Sequence record: OR844650.1
Length of the DNA: 64,000 nt
Strand: one strand, 5' to 3'
Part shown: positions 30,083 through 39,920 of the stretch, in pieces
How the letters are laid out: each line of letters opens with the position of its first letter
Numbering within the stretch: the first letter of the stretch is position 1
The notes under the pieces: generated by a model
Seen by the model: the letters and a program-made list of their open reading frames with translations, nothing else
The model's database searches: none
What the model was told of the DNA's origin: nothing
Position numbers and translations under genes: made by a program

Positions 30083-30434
30083 AGGTGAATATAATCCTTT
30101 TATATTGCTCAGGTGCAGTACTGAAACGTTTGATTGGATAATTATCAAAGATTCTTTTCATTTCTTTCTGGATTAAACATAAGAAATCAAAGTTACAATC
30201 GTACTTATTATCCCATACTAAACTTTCTTGGAATAACTCATCCTCTTGCATTAGTGTAGTGTCAATTACATCTTCACGGACATAGCTATATACTTCATAG
30301 CTCTTGAAGCCATCTTCTGATAATTCTAATTCATATGCAGCCATATCAAACATATCATCATGGTTTGTCTTCAAAGATATTAAACAAGTAACTAATTTTT
30401 TAGTTGTATAGTATGTAATACTTAATGTGTTCAT
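30072..30434 (-). CDS. family A protein (short type)
   Basis: EDELFQESLVWD. Confidence 0.75.
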   Translation of the reverse strand: MNTLSITYYTTKKLVTCLISLKTNHDDMFDMAAYELELSEDGFKSYEVYSYVREDVIDTTLMQEDELFQESLVWDNKYDCNFDFLCLIQKEMKRIFDNYPIKRFSTAPEQYKRIIFTYED

Positions 30435-30439
30435 TTGTT

Positions 30440-31042
30440 TTATACCTCAGTGTATAGCTTACAATAACTTTCATCGAAGTCACAAACACTTCTCAAGTAC
30501 TGACACAGGTCATTGAAAATATTTACATTTGATATATATACATTATCAAATTCTGTTCGTTGAAAGAATGTATGCATAGAATTTGTAATATATCGCATTG
30601 CATCTTCACGTCCCATAGTTATATCATTTGTGAACATTGCATCTTCATCAGTACTGATGTGTTCTATTTTAAATGATTTCATAAATGGAATACTCTTTCC
30701 TAGGGCATAACCATCACCATATGATGCTTCTACTGCACCTTTAGAATAAAGGAATTGATATAAGTCCGAATCACGATTATAAAAAGTACGACATACGGAG
30801 GAACATAATTTATTATCTATATGAAATAAAAATCTTTTAGCATTTTTGTCTAATACTATTCGCAATGCATCACTCTCTAGAAATATATCACCATCAAGCA
30901 TAAATGAGAACTGTACTAATGCTTTTTCTAAATCCGCTCGTTTGTGATAAATCATTTCCTGCATATATATAATATCATTTGCTAATTTCTTAAAAAACAA
31001 ATGCACATCTGCACTACAACATTTATTTGCATTTATTGACAT
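30440..31042 (-). CDS. hypothetical protein (family A-like, degenerate)
   Basis: STDEDAMFTNDIT. Confidence 0.65.
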   Translation of the reverse strand: MSINANKCCSADVHLFFKKLANDIIYMQEMIYHKRADLEKALVQFSFMLDGDIFLESDALRIVLDKNAKRFLFHIDNKLCSSVCRTFYNRDSDLYQFLYSKGAVEASYGDGYALGKSIPFMKSFKIEHISTDEDAMFTNDITMGREDAMRYITNSMHTFFQRTEFDNVYISNVNIFNDLCQYLRSVCDFDESYCKLYTEV

Positions 31043-31593
31043 AATAGTTCCTTATACATATGATGTACTTTACAAATCTCATTATAGTATTTCATATCAA
31101 TGTCATTTGTATTAAAAACGGAAACAGACAATACTGCTAACTTATCAATTAAGTAATTATTATCGGCGTACTGTTTTAACTTATTGAACATATAGATGCA
31201 TTTTATACTTAATTCATCATGCAACACACTGTTCTGAAAAATATTCTCTTCAGTATTAGGAGATAAGTAATCTTCAATTATATACGATAAACTACTATCG
31301 CAATCTTTATAGATTGAAATTGATGGATGTAATGTGTCATACATTACACTAAACAGATCACCGTCATATGTGGATATTAAACTATTATTGGAAACAGTAG
31401 GATGATAATATTTCAGTACTGAAAACTTTGAACAATCAGTGCAGTAAAAATGATCCATCCCTCGACGACTTTCGTATGAGAATAGTTTACTTGTATATTC
31501 AATCCCTTTGGTGCGACGGATTGTTTCATGCATTTCTGCACATTGCATTAAAATTACCATACGTTCAAACGCAATATCTAAATCATCGTACAT
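31033..31593 (-). CDS. family A protein
   Basis: EENIFQNSVLHD. Confidence 0.75.
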   Translation of the reverse strand: MYDDLDIAFERMVILMQCAEMHETIRRTKGIEYTSKLFSYESRRGMDHFYCTDCSKFSVLKYYHPTVSNNSLISTYDGDLFSVMYDTLHPSISIYKDCDSSLSYIIEDYLSPNTEENIFQNSVLHDELSIKCIYMFNKLKQYADNNYLIDKLAVLSVSVFNTNDIDMKYYNEICKVHHMYKELLCQ

Positions 31594-31774
31594 AACGGAT
31601 ATCCTTCTTCAGCGAATTAATATATTCCAAAATAACTTGTTCCTGATATTGGGTTCCCAAGTACATCAGGACTTTCAACTCTTTGAATTCAGTACTATAT
31701 GAGTCTGTTTGCATCATTCTAGTAGAATATATATTGAATAGTTTAGCAATGTCATTTTGGTCTATTATTTTCAT
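31583..31774 (-). CDS. family B small protein
   Basis: YLGTQYQEQ. Confidence 0.75.
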   Translation of the reverse strand: MKIIDQNDIAKLFNIYSTRMMQTDSYSTEFKELKVLMYLGTQYQEQVILEYINSLKKDIRYVR

Positions 31775-31973
31775 ATATTCTCTTCTGGATTAGTTCCTGT
31801 AAGTGCTGAATATAACCCTTCATTGCAACATCCTGTTTGTTAGAGCCAACGAAGAACAAGAGCTTAAAGTCATGGTAATCCATTTTTGGTTTAGTAGTGA
31901 ACCATATGTCCCACACTGCACTCACAGTTCTCATGTATTCAATTCGATTAAATGTTTTTGAATACTTCATCAA
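31752..31973 (-). CDS. family B small protein
   Basis: FVGSNKQDV. Confidence 0.7.
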   Translation of the reverse strand: MMKYSKTFNRIEYMRTVSAVWDIWFTTKPKMDYHDFKLLFFVGSNKQDVAMKGYIQHLQELIQKRIYENNRPK

Positions 31974-32484
31974 TGTTAATCGCCAATAAGTTAATATACA
32001 AATTACTGTTAAATGCTATCTGCAATTCCATATAGAACTGAATGATAGCATAGTCAGGGTCAGTACACGATAGTTGAAAACACTGTTCGTCAAATGCATT
32101 GTAATTGTACTTAGGGATGTGAATTTCACGCTTCAAATCAGGTTGACCCCACTTCATCGCATACACACCAATGTTATTGTTCTTTTTCCTTTTCTTAAAT
32201 GTTAATTGTTGAATATTTCCAGCGTTGTCTAGGAAAATAGTATTATTCGACACAGGTGCACCAATAGAAAACAATGATGTATCAATTACGTGTGTCTCAC
32301 GCACCTCACACTTCTGGAATGCCCCAGTACCCTGTAATACATAATGAAAATTGTACTTCTCATTAACAACAGTACTAGGATCGATTAAACCAGTACTGCA
32401 TTTTTTGAGTACTGGTACAATGGTGCGAATCTTTTTTGATAAATCTTGTAATGCATCAAAGTCATTGATGTTAACTTTCATCAC
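31948..32484 (-). CDS. family A protein
   Basis: DEQCFQLSCTD. Confidence 0.75.
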   Translation of the reverse strand: MMKVNINDFDALQDLSKKIRTIVPVLKKCSTGLIDPSTVVNEKYNFHYVLQGTGAFQKCEVRETHVIDTSLFSIGAPVSNNTIFLDNAGNIQQLTFKKRKKNNNIGVYAMKWGQPDLKREIHIPKYNYNAFDEQCFQLSCTDPDYAIIQFYMELQIAFNSNLYINLLAINIDEVFKNI

Positions 32485-32930
32485 TCGAATGTAGCCTCTT
32501 CAGTAGTAACAAAATTGGTTAGTGTATCCAGTTCAGCAGTGTCAAGATAAAATACATCTAGTACAGATTTCTGATATATTACACTGAATGTGCATAGATT
32601 GTCAAGTGTTCCTTGTTCATAAACAGTACTACCCTGGAAGTACCCTTCTTCAGTACTCAGGGATAAAATATCTGAAATTTTAAAAGATTCTTCAGTTGCA
32701 TGTCTTTCTATATTAACTATATTGCCGTTTCGGTTCAATGAAATATAATCGTATGCTAACTCAATTAGACTATAATTATCCGCATTAGTGTCAAATAAAG
32801 CGACAATTTTTCGTCTCAATCTCTCATCGTGATCATGGTTTTCATCAGCTAAGTATTCAGGATTTTCTTTGAAGAATTTAACGACGCGTAGAATATCATT
32901 TGCTTTCTTGATTGCACTTTCGTAACTCAT
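32481..32930 (-). CDS. family A protein (MSxxSA subgroup)
   Basis: EEGYFQGSTVY; FYLD. Confidence 0.75.
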   Translation of the reverse strand: MSYESAIKKANDILRVVKFFKENPEYLADENHDHDERLRRKIVALFDTNADNYSLIELAYDYISLNRNGNIVNIERHATEESFKISDILSLSTEEGYFQGSTVYEQGTLDNLCTFSVIYQKSVLDVFYLDTAELDTLTNFVTTEEATFE

Positions 32931-33235
32931 AATAATTCAACCACTCCATCTCTAAAGTACATATAACTACCACCATTGGATACTGTGAATTCTATTGTCC
33001 CCAATAATATATTATATTTTTTTATTTCACATGTAGTACTTGTAGTGTAAGGCTCACCATCTCCTAAGTACATTGACATATGACATAGAACTTTTCTACC
33101 AGCATATTTCTCTTCAAACGATTGTTCAAAACTATGCATAATTTGATTTAAAGCTGAAATGTAATTAATAAAGTCAGGTATTTCTGTCAATGAATTATAA
33201 ACCGTACAAAGTGAATCAAATTCATTTTTAGTCAT
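32927..33235 (-). CDS. family C small protein
   Basis: EEKYAGRKVLC. Confidence 0.7.
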   Translation of the reverse strand: MTKNEFDSLCTVYNSLTEIPDFINYISALNQIMHSFEQSFEEKYAGRKVLCHMSMYLGDGEPYTTSTTCEIKKYNILLGTIEFTVSNGGSYMYFRDGVVELL

Positions 33236-33549
33236 TATATTTCTATCTCAATGTAATCCTGTGTGATTAAGTAATCCCAATGATACTTCACCTGCTTTTG
33301 TAATTCAATTAACGTAAAGAAGTTGATCGATTTATCCCATACGAGCGATTCCTGGAAAATAAATGATTCATGTTCATCGTAATAATCACACTCTAAAAAA
33401 TCAGGTATATATTCACTATCGTGAATGTATTCAACAAACGAACTAGCTTGGCATTTCTTTACTACTAGTAATAATGAATTATCATGATCAAACAGATACA
33501 ATAAACTAATTTCACCAGGGACGTACTGAACACTGAATAAGTTTTTCAT
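33235..33549 (-). CDS. family A protein (short type)
   Basis: ESFIFQESLVWD. Confidence 0.75.
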   Translation of the reverse strand: MKNLFSVQYVPGEISLLYLFDHDNSLLLVVKKCQASSFVEYIHDSEYIPDFLECDYYDEHESFIFQESLVWDKSINFFTLIELQKQVKYHWDYLITQDYIEIEI

Positions 33550-33998
33550 TCTATACCTTCTGGATCTTTACGAAGTTCTTCGAAATCCAAATAAAATCGA
33601 GGACAGTTAACACTCTTTAAATACCACATAATAACTAATGCTTCAAGTACTTCATCATCGTAAACAGTACTGTTTTGGAAGTAATACTCTTCACTATCCC
33701 ACGGACCATCCAGTACTTCATAATTCAAAATTAATGGTTTTTTGCGATTAATAAAACGAATGCTACCATTTTCAACATAACTAATAAATTCTGCATCTCT
33801 ATTGTATTCAGAAAACGATATAGGACTATTGGAATTCAACCCAAGAATAACCCTTACACCAACGGAGTTATTATACATTTCATCTTTGTAGTAGTTGCCG
33901 TTCTCGGCTTTGTACACTTCTTTGAACTTTCCTGCCTTTATATCGTCAAAGTATCCATGTAGTTCTTTTGCTTTTTCAAGAGCACTTTGTAATGACAT
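33546..33998 (-). CDS. family A protein (GPWDSEEYYFQ subgroup)
   Basis: MSLQSAL..LDGPWDSEEYYFQNST. Confidence 0.8.
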   Translation of the reverse strand: MSLQSALEKAKELHGYFDDIKAGKFKEVYKAENGNYYKDEMYNNSVGVRVILGLNSNSPISFSEYNRDAEFISYVENGSIRFINRKKPLILNYEVLDGPWDSEEYYFQNSTVYDDEVLEALVIMWYLKSVNCPRFYLDFEELRKDPEGIE

Positions 33999-34464
33999 TA
34001 CCTTCTCCTACAGTATTCTCTACATATTCATAATCAAAATAGAAACTACTGGAGTCAATACTTTTGAAATACCACATAATCACAATAACATCCAGTTCTT
34101 CTTCATTGTACAACGTACTATTCTGGAAGTAATACTCTTCACTATCCCACGGACCTTCTAGTACTGAATAAGGAATGATAGTGTCATCAGCATCACTATC
34201 TGTGTTGTAGATGGTAATATCTTCATTACGGCAATAACTAATGTACTGATTGTACATATGATATTCACAGTTATCACTGTCACCAGTATCAGTGTGCAGT
34301 ACTAATGTTTCTGCACATATCTCGGACTCGTCATAATCGTCACGGTCTTTTACAAAAAATTCAGTATCAGATGTTTTATATACACCTGGAACTGAACCTT
34401 CTTGTACCATAATCATATACTCATGAATCTTCTTTGCTTCTTTCAATGCACTTTGTAATGACAT
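33976..34464 (-). CDS. family A protein (GPWDSEEYYFQ subgroup)
   Basis: MSLQSAL..LEGPWDSEEYYFQNST. Confidence 0.8.
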   Translation of the reverse strand: MSLQSALKEAKKIHEYMIMVQEGSVPGVYKTSDTEFFVKDRDDYDESEICAETLVLHTDTGDSDNCEYHMYNQYISYCRNEDITIYNTDSDADDTIIPYSVLEGPWDSEEYYFQNSTLYNEEELDVIVIMWYFKSIDSSSFYFDYEYVENTVGEGNVITKCS

Positions 34465-34907
34465 TACAAATCCCCTGTACTTAAATATTCACATGCTCCC
34501 CAGTCAAGAAAGAATGGTTCAAAATTCAATTCCTTAAAGTACCACAACACAACCAAGGAATCAAGAATTTCTTGGTTAAAAATGAGACTCTGTTGGAAGT
34601 AATACTCTTCAGTACCCCACGGGCCATCAAGTACCCCGAAGTCAACAGGTGTATTTGTTGTGTCAAAAGTAATCTTAGTACCTGGAATATATACAAAAAA
34701 ATTAGTATATTGACTACATGAAGAGTACTGTATAGTATTGTCTTTATCCTGTCCCATAAGTAAAATATCATCAGAGTATGTCTTTATACCTGATAGATAA
34801 TACTCATCACCAAATGCACTTACTTTATCACCATAGACCCCACTTTTTATGTTATCGTGGAAGTGATGTATTCTGTGTGCTAGTTCAAGTGCACTTGCTA
34901 AACTCAT
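34464..34907 (-). CDS. family A protein (GPWDSEEYYFQ subgroup)
   Basis: MSLASAL..LDGPWGTEEYYFQQSL. Confidence 0.8.
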   Translation of the reverse strand: MSLASALELAHRIHHFHDNIKSGVYGDKVSAFGDEYYLSGIKTYSDDILLMGQDKDNTIQYSSCSQYTNFFVYIPGTKITFDTTNTPVDFGVLDGPWGTEEYYFQQSLIFNQEILDSLVVLWYFKELNFEPFFLDWGACEYLSTGDL

Positions 34908-35374
34908 ATATCCTCTTTAATAACTCGTAGTAGATCCAAGTCCAAATAGAAGCTAGGACAATCTGTATTATTAAAGTACCACAGAATGACAAGCTTGTCA
35001 AGTACATCTTCCTCGTAGATAGTATTCTGCTGGAAGTAGTACTCTTCACTTCCCCAGTCATTATCCAGTACTGAATACGGAAGATGTTTCTCTGCTGCAC
35101 CAGTTATAATGTCAGTATATTGTATTAAAATATCAGCATCACGACAGAAGTACATGTAATTATCTTCCAGATTAACATCACACCCAGTGAGTGTTGTTTC
35201 AGAAGAATCTAAGTTTTCTTCGTACATGTGAATGTACTCACTACTGTCATCGTATATCATTCGACAATAAGCTTTACCTTCCTTGAATAGATACCCATTG
35301 AGACAATTTGCTACAATTTCTTTGCTGCATAAATCAATTAACTTCGCAATCTCTAATGCTCTTTCTAAACTCAT
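34904..35374 (-). CDS. family A protein (GPWDSEEYYFQ subgroup)
   Basis: MSLERAL..DWGSEEYYFQQNT. Confidence 0.8.
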   Translation of the reverse strand: MSLERALEIAKLIDLCSKEIVANCLNGYLFKEGKAYCRMIYDDSSEYIHMYEENLDSSETTLTGCDVNLEDNYMYFCRDADILIQYTDIITGAAEKHLPYSVLDNDWGSEEYYFQQNTIYEEDVLDKLVILWYFNNTDCPSFYLDLDLLRVIKEDI

Positions 35375-35375
35375 T

Positions 35376-35870
35376 TCAACCCCTGTTAATACCGTTATCT
35401 ACAGTTTTCTTTACGTATTTGTAATCGAAATAGAAGTTCCCAGAACCAATACTTTTAAAGTACCACATAATTATAATAACATCAAGTACTTCATCATCGT
35501 ATACAGTACTTTGTTGGAAGTAATACTCTTCACTATCCCACGGACCTTCCAGTACTTCACTCGGAATTATAATGTCATCGGAATCGCTGTCAGTACTGTA
35601 TATGGTAATATCTGCATCATTAATATAGACCATGTACTCATTATGCATATCAATGAAACATTCATAATCATTAGGGTCGGTATCTAGTATGCACGTTTCT
35701 GTATCCAGTACACACGTTTCTGTATCTGAGTAGTCATTATTAAGGAGGTTATCCGGTACATAATATTGAGTACTTGTGTCTTTGAAAACACCGTAAACTG
35801 AACCTTCTTTTGCCATATTCATGTACTCATGAATCTTCTTTGCTTTTTCCAATGAACTCTGTAATGTCAT
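35376..35870 (-). CDS. family A protein (GPWDSEEYYFQ subgroup)
   Basis: MTLQSSL..LEGPWDSEEYYFQQST. Confidence 0.8.
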   Translation of the reverse strand: MTLQSSLEKAKKIHEYMNMAKEGSVYGVFKDTSTQYYVPDNLLNNDYSDTETCVLDTETCILDTDPNDYECFIDMHNEYMVYINDADITIYSTDSDSDDIIIPSEVLEGPWDSEEYYFQQSTVYDDEVLDVIIIMWYFKSIGSGNFYFDYKYVKKTVDNGINRG

Positions 35871-35879
35871 TTTATAATC

Positions 35880-36239
35880 TCATATATTGAAATAATAATT
35901 ATTCGTTCTTGATGGGGATGGATTAAATACGTTTTCTTTTTCAAATCTCTTCATTTCATTTTGCAAAGAAACCATTTCTTCAAATGTACAGGAGTACTTA
36001 TTCTTATCAAACACTAATGCAGCCTGAAATAGTTCACCATCGTCCAGTACTGTATAATCTATAAGACTCTCAGATTCATAGTCATAGTCGTCATGTGATA
36101 CATGAATAAATTTAAAACAAGAATCTTTGTAATGCATATATAAACTCAACTCATGTTCCGAGTCGCCCTTAATAAGATTACAGCACAAGTCCCATCCTTT
36201 AGGTAACTTATAATAGTACATAGAATAATCATATGTCAT
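35880..36239 (-). CDS. family A protein (short type, NLxKGD subgroup)
   Basis: DGELFQAALVFDK. Confidence 0.75.
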   Translation of the reverse strand: MTYDYSMYYYKLPKGWDLCCNLIKGDSEHELSLYMHYKDSCFKFIHVSHDDYDYESESLIDYTVLDDGELFQAALVFDKNKYSCTFEEMVSLQNEMKRFEKENVFNPSPSRTNNYYFNI

Positions 36240-36592
36240 TCTTGAATTCCTAAATTGAATTTGTATTCTTGATTAATACTTGCATTGGGTTTATGCAAAG
36301 CAGCATACTCTTTCATTTCATTTTGTATTGCAATAACTTCTTCAAATGTACACAAGTACTTCTTATCAAATACTAATGATTCTTGGAATAGTTCTGCGGT
36401 ATCCATTAATGTATAGTCCGGCATATCTTGGTGTGGATACTGTAATGAACTGTAATCAATGAATGTAAATTTACCCTGAGTGTAATGAATATACTCATTT
36501 GCACTGTGCATTAAATCACCTTTGTTTAAATTACAAAAGTACTGATAACTGTGCTTGAAAGTATGTACTGATATTAAAAAATCAAATTCCAT
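36236..36592 (-). CDS. family A protein (short type, NLxKGD subgroup)
   Basis: TAELFQESLVFDK. Confidence 0.75.
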   Translation of the reverse strand: MEFDFLISVHTFKHSYQYFCNLNKGDLMHSANEYIHYTQGKFTFIDYSSLQYPHQDMPDYTLMDTAELFQESLVFDKKYLCTFEEVIAIQNEMKEYAALHKPNASINQEYKFNLGIQE

Positions 36593-36963
36593 CAGTACTC
36601 AACCTCTACATAAATAGATTCAGGAAACTTAGTCATATAATCTTCTGGATAGTTCTGCATTACTTTGATCATTTCTGCCTGTGTAGCACGGACGTATTCA
36701 ATTGGTGCTCCTGGTAAATTCCAGACAGTACTTTCCTGAAAGAATTCCTCTTCTGACAGTACTGTCAGATTTACAAAATCATTACGGTAATTTTTTGAAT
36801 CATCATATGTGAAGATTTTAAAAGACCCATTTTCATATAGTACAAGAACAAAATGGGAGAATTTTTGTAATGCACCACCAAGGCTTTCCACGACCGCATG
36901 ATTCAGTGTACAGATGACCTCTCTTTTCCTCATACCGAATTGAATTCTAATTTCTTTTTTCAT
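36592..36963 (-). CDS. family A protein (short type)
   Basis: EEEFFQESTVWN. Confidence 0.75.
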   Translation of the reverse strand: MKKEIRIQFGMRKREVICTLNHAVVESLGGALQKFSHFVLVLYENGSFKIFTYDDSKNYRNDFVNLTVLSEEEFFQESTVWNLPGAPIEYVRATQAEMIKVMQNYPEDYMTKFPESIYVEVEY

Positions 36964-37121
36964 AAAATCTCCTTCAGATTAGTACTGAATTTGTACAGAA
37001 TATTAGAACTGTATACAGCCTCTGTATCTGTATCCATAATCAAATCACCTTTGTTTAAATTACAAAAGTACTGATAACTGTGCTTAAAAGAATGTACTGA
37101 TATTAAAAAATCAAATTCCAT
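36960..37121 (-). pseudogene. truncated/chimeric duplicate of the 5' end of 36236..36592 (53 aa)
   Basis: MEFDFLISVHSFKHSYQYFCNLNKGDL nearly identical at DNA level, then diverges and stops. Confidence 0.65.
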
Positions 37122-37498
37122 CACACTTCCCCTAGATTGAAATGATTACAAAAATTATCTTCACCAGTACTGCACCAGATATCTATACATTCCCTGTGAA
37201 TACATTTAATTCTACGCTGTAATTCAATCATCTCTTCTAATGTACAGATGTACTTCTTATCAAATACTAATGCCTCCTGAAACAGTGCAGCATCATCAAG
37301 TACTGTATAGTCCAACATCTCGGTTGCTTTACCCCTAAACCCAGTACTAAAATCCATCAAATAAAAGTCAGCATTCCAGTACTTTAAAATCTTGTCCCTG
37401 GCGTAGTTTAAATCACCCTTGTATAAGTTAGAGTGCGTAACTAACTCACCAGTGTACATCCATGTCCTTGCACAAAATTCATTATATTTTATTTCCAT
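37121..37498 (-). CDS. family A protein (short type, NLxKGD subgroup)
   Basis: DAALFQEALVFDK; start moved to MEIKY. Confidence 0.75.
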   Translation of the reverse strand: MEIKYNEFCARTWMYTGELVTHSNLYKGDLNYARDKILKYWNADFYLMDFSTGFRGKATEMLDYTVLDDAALFQEALVFDKKYICTLEEMIELQRRIKCIHRECIDIWCSTGEDNFCNHFNLGEV

Positions 37499-37694
37499 CT
37501 TAATCTCTACTATAATTAATAAGGTAAACTCCAATATAAGGAGCACGTTGCGGGGGCGGGGTATTTTTTGTTTCAGGAAACATGAACTGTACTCTGAAAA
37601 ACACACTATAAAACTTTATATTAAACATATACCTTAGCATGTTTTTCAGCGGAAATTTTTTTGACCCCCTGCGGCCTGTCAAAATGAAACGTCT

Positions 37695-37919
37695 CTATTT
37701 ATTCAGCCTAGAAACCTTGATTTCTTCAATCCTTTTCATTGCACAAAGCCTTCGACTTGTCTTCTCGTACATATTCATTACACGCTGTAATGCATTATCT
37801 GTATTATCTGTAACTGCAATCTGAACCAAATATGTATCCTTCAAAATCGAATCCATCATGAATTCAAAACCTTTCACACTAAAGCAATATACCACTTCCG
37901 GCTCTTCAAACGTAATCAT
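37695..37919 (-). CDS. small hypothetical protein
   Basis: Packed ORF; possibly a very degenerate family B member. Confidence 0.55.
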   Translation of the reverse strand: MITFEEPEVVYCFSVKGFEFMMDSILKDTYLVQIAVTDNTDNALQRVMNMYEKTSRRLCAMKRIEEIKVSRLNK

Positions 37920-38136
37920 AATTCCAATCCCCTATTCCCTCTAACCTTCTAAGATATCTTGCGTAAATTATTTCGAAATATCTGTGCAACGAAATTACGG
38001 ATTGTTCATAATCATCATCCCTGAACATTGTGCATGTAAGAAAATTATTTAAACCGTAATCTAAACTGCACTCCAACTTCTCCTTTGCAACGGCACTATT
38101 ACTTGCACTTTTCATAATAAACCCTTTGTACCGCAT
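37906..38136 (-). CDS. small hypothetical protein
   Basis: Packed ORF. Confidence 0.5.
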   Translation of the reverse strand: MRYKGFIMKSASNSAVAKEKLECSLDYGLNNFLTCTMFRDDDYEQSVISLHRYFEIIYARYLRRLEGIGDWNYDYV

Positions 38137-38297
38137 TGGTGTACTGTGAACTCAGCACCACCAATAGGTAATCAATATTGTAAGCACGATTTCCTCTTTG
38201 ACTGGCACGACTGGAATAAAGAATATTATCCACATATGTATTGAACTGATCTTCAAATAACTCTTTCATCAGCATTATCCCATCCCATAATCATACA

Positions 38298-38849
38298 TCA
38301 TACATTAACAACTTTATCGATGTAATCTTCTAACATATCAATATATCTGGTATTGGTTCTAACTAAAAGGTATGCAAATCCAGAGAACTCCTGTGTATAA
38401 TGCTTTACAGCGTACATACAACGAAGCTTATCATTGTCATACATTGTACTGTACTGAAACAAACTCTCGTCTGATAGCTCTAATAACGCTTGGGCTTCAC
38501 TTCTCGTGAACTTCATAGGGTCATGTACTGCATCACAAAAACAAACCTGTGTCTCGCTATTGAAACCCTGTGATAGATATATACCTTCACACTCTGAACG
38601 CACCGATACTGCATTATAACTATGTGTTGCCCCCATCATATCTGAACTCAAAACTAAAATCAACCCATTTTTATTTTTAATCAACAAATCTGACTTAAGG
38701 GATTTTATCTCCGTATGGGAAATATCACCAAATCTTCCTGGGACTTCAAACTTATCAACGTTGTATACAATCTTTTGTACTTGCTCTTTTAAACGCTTAA
38801 TTGCACTTCTGTCTTTTTCTAATGTATCTAATAAACTCATTGAACTCAT
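38298..38849 (-). CDS. family A protein
   Basis: DESLFQYSTMYD; start moved to MSSMS. Confidence 0.75.
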   Translation of the reverse strand: MSSMSLLDTLEKDRSAIKRLKEQVQKIVYNVDKFEVPGRFGDISHTEIKSLKSDLLIKNKNGLILVLSSDMMGATHSYNAVSVRSECEGIYLSQGFNSETQVCFCDAVHDPMKFTRSEAQALLELSDESLFQYSTMYDNDKLRCMYAVKHYTQEFSGFAYLLVRTNTRYIDMLEDYIDKVVNV

Positions 38850-38859
38850 TGTACTTTCC

Positions 38860-39204
38860 TTACATATTTGTACCGAACAAAACGGAACTTTGAATGCCAT
38901 TAATCGACACTTCATGTACATATATATTTTGTCTGAATACCTGAAGCAATTGAACTAAACTTTGTTGCATAATAATATGCATATGTACATTATCAAAGGC
39001 CGTTTCGTATTGGAATCGTGCCGCTTCATCTTCTATGAAATTCGGAACTTGGACTGGATTCTCAAAATTTGTCCTTGTACTGAACTGTACATCATTGTCC
39101 TGTACCTTAATACCATATGAATTATCATTGTTATCAACTACATCAAATTCAATTAAACTACCATCTTTACTGACGTTTACTATATAAACTGAAAATCGAC
39201 TCAT
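38860..39204 (-). CDS. family A protein (short type)
   Basis: EAARFQYETAFD. Confidence 0.7.
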   Translation of the reverse strand: MSRFSVYIVNVSKDGSLIEFDVVDNNDNSYGIKVQDNDVQFSTRTNFENPVQVPNFIEDEAARFQYETAFDNVHMHIIMQQSLVQLLQVFRQNIYVHEVSINGIQSSVLFGTNM

Positions 39205-39716
39205 AAACCTATTTCCTCTAAATCTTTGACAAATGTATCATAATCCGATAATGACAAAAATATGTCTGTACTGATGTTTTGACGTAATGTATTAAACAAA
39301 TTATGTACCTGTAATAAATCAGGTGCATAAATCAGGGATTGCTGGAAATACGATTCTTCTGTATCTAATATATCCCTGCACTCAATTTCACGAACTCGTT
39401 GGTATATTGAATTTAATAATACATTTTCATCTTTGAGCATTGGAAGGTATCGGATGTACATGTTCTCCATCAACTCATCTTGGATTGAACCCCTGAACTG
39501 CAACACGTATTCAAAACACATCACTACATCTTGTAGGTAATTGGCACTGTACTGATTACTATACACGATTTTATGACAACTGAACTCGGAATCATTTCTG
39601 AACCAATTGTTACCCTCTTTCCTGTACTTATGACTAAGCTTCCCATCCTCCAACGCTCGAATGAACTTCATAATGTTAATTGCAAAATCATATGAATGAT
39701 GCTTGTGTTGATGCAT
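39201..39716 (-). CDS. family A protein
   Basis: EESYFQQSLIY. Confidence 0.75.
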   Translation of the reverse strand: MHQHKHHSYDFAINIMKFIRALEDGKLSHKYRKEGNNWFRNDSEFSCHKIVYSNQYSANYLQDVVMCFEYVLQFRGSIQDELMENMYIRYLPMLKDENVLLNSIYQRVREIECRDILDTEESYFQQSLIYAPDLLQVHNLFNTLRQNISTDIFLSLSDYDTFVKDLEEIGL

Positions 39717-39724
39717 TTTTTACC

Positions 39725-39919
39725 TCAATTCTGTCCGAAAAAATAACCAAAATGTTTAAAGCAAGAAAGCATTACTATGTTCATCACTCTATCATCAAAT
39801 TCATCTTGTGTTTCTGCACATAATGTTTCACAGATATTCAAATGTAATAATTCAAGCTGGAAACTGTCGGTGAACCAATCAAACTTACGGTATTTTTGTT
39901 TAACATCAACTGTAAGCAT
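39725..39919 (-). CDS. small hypothetical protein
   Basis: Packed ORF. Confidence 0.55.
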   Translation of the reverse strand: MLTVDVKQKYRKFDWFTDSFQLELLHLNICETLCAETQDEFDDRVMNIVMLSCFKHFGYFFGQN

Positions 39920-39920
39920 A

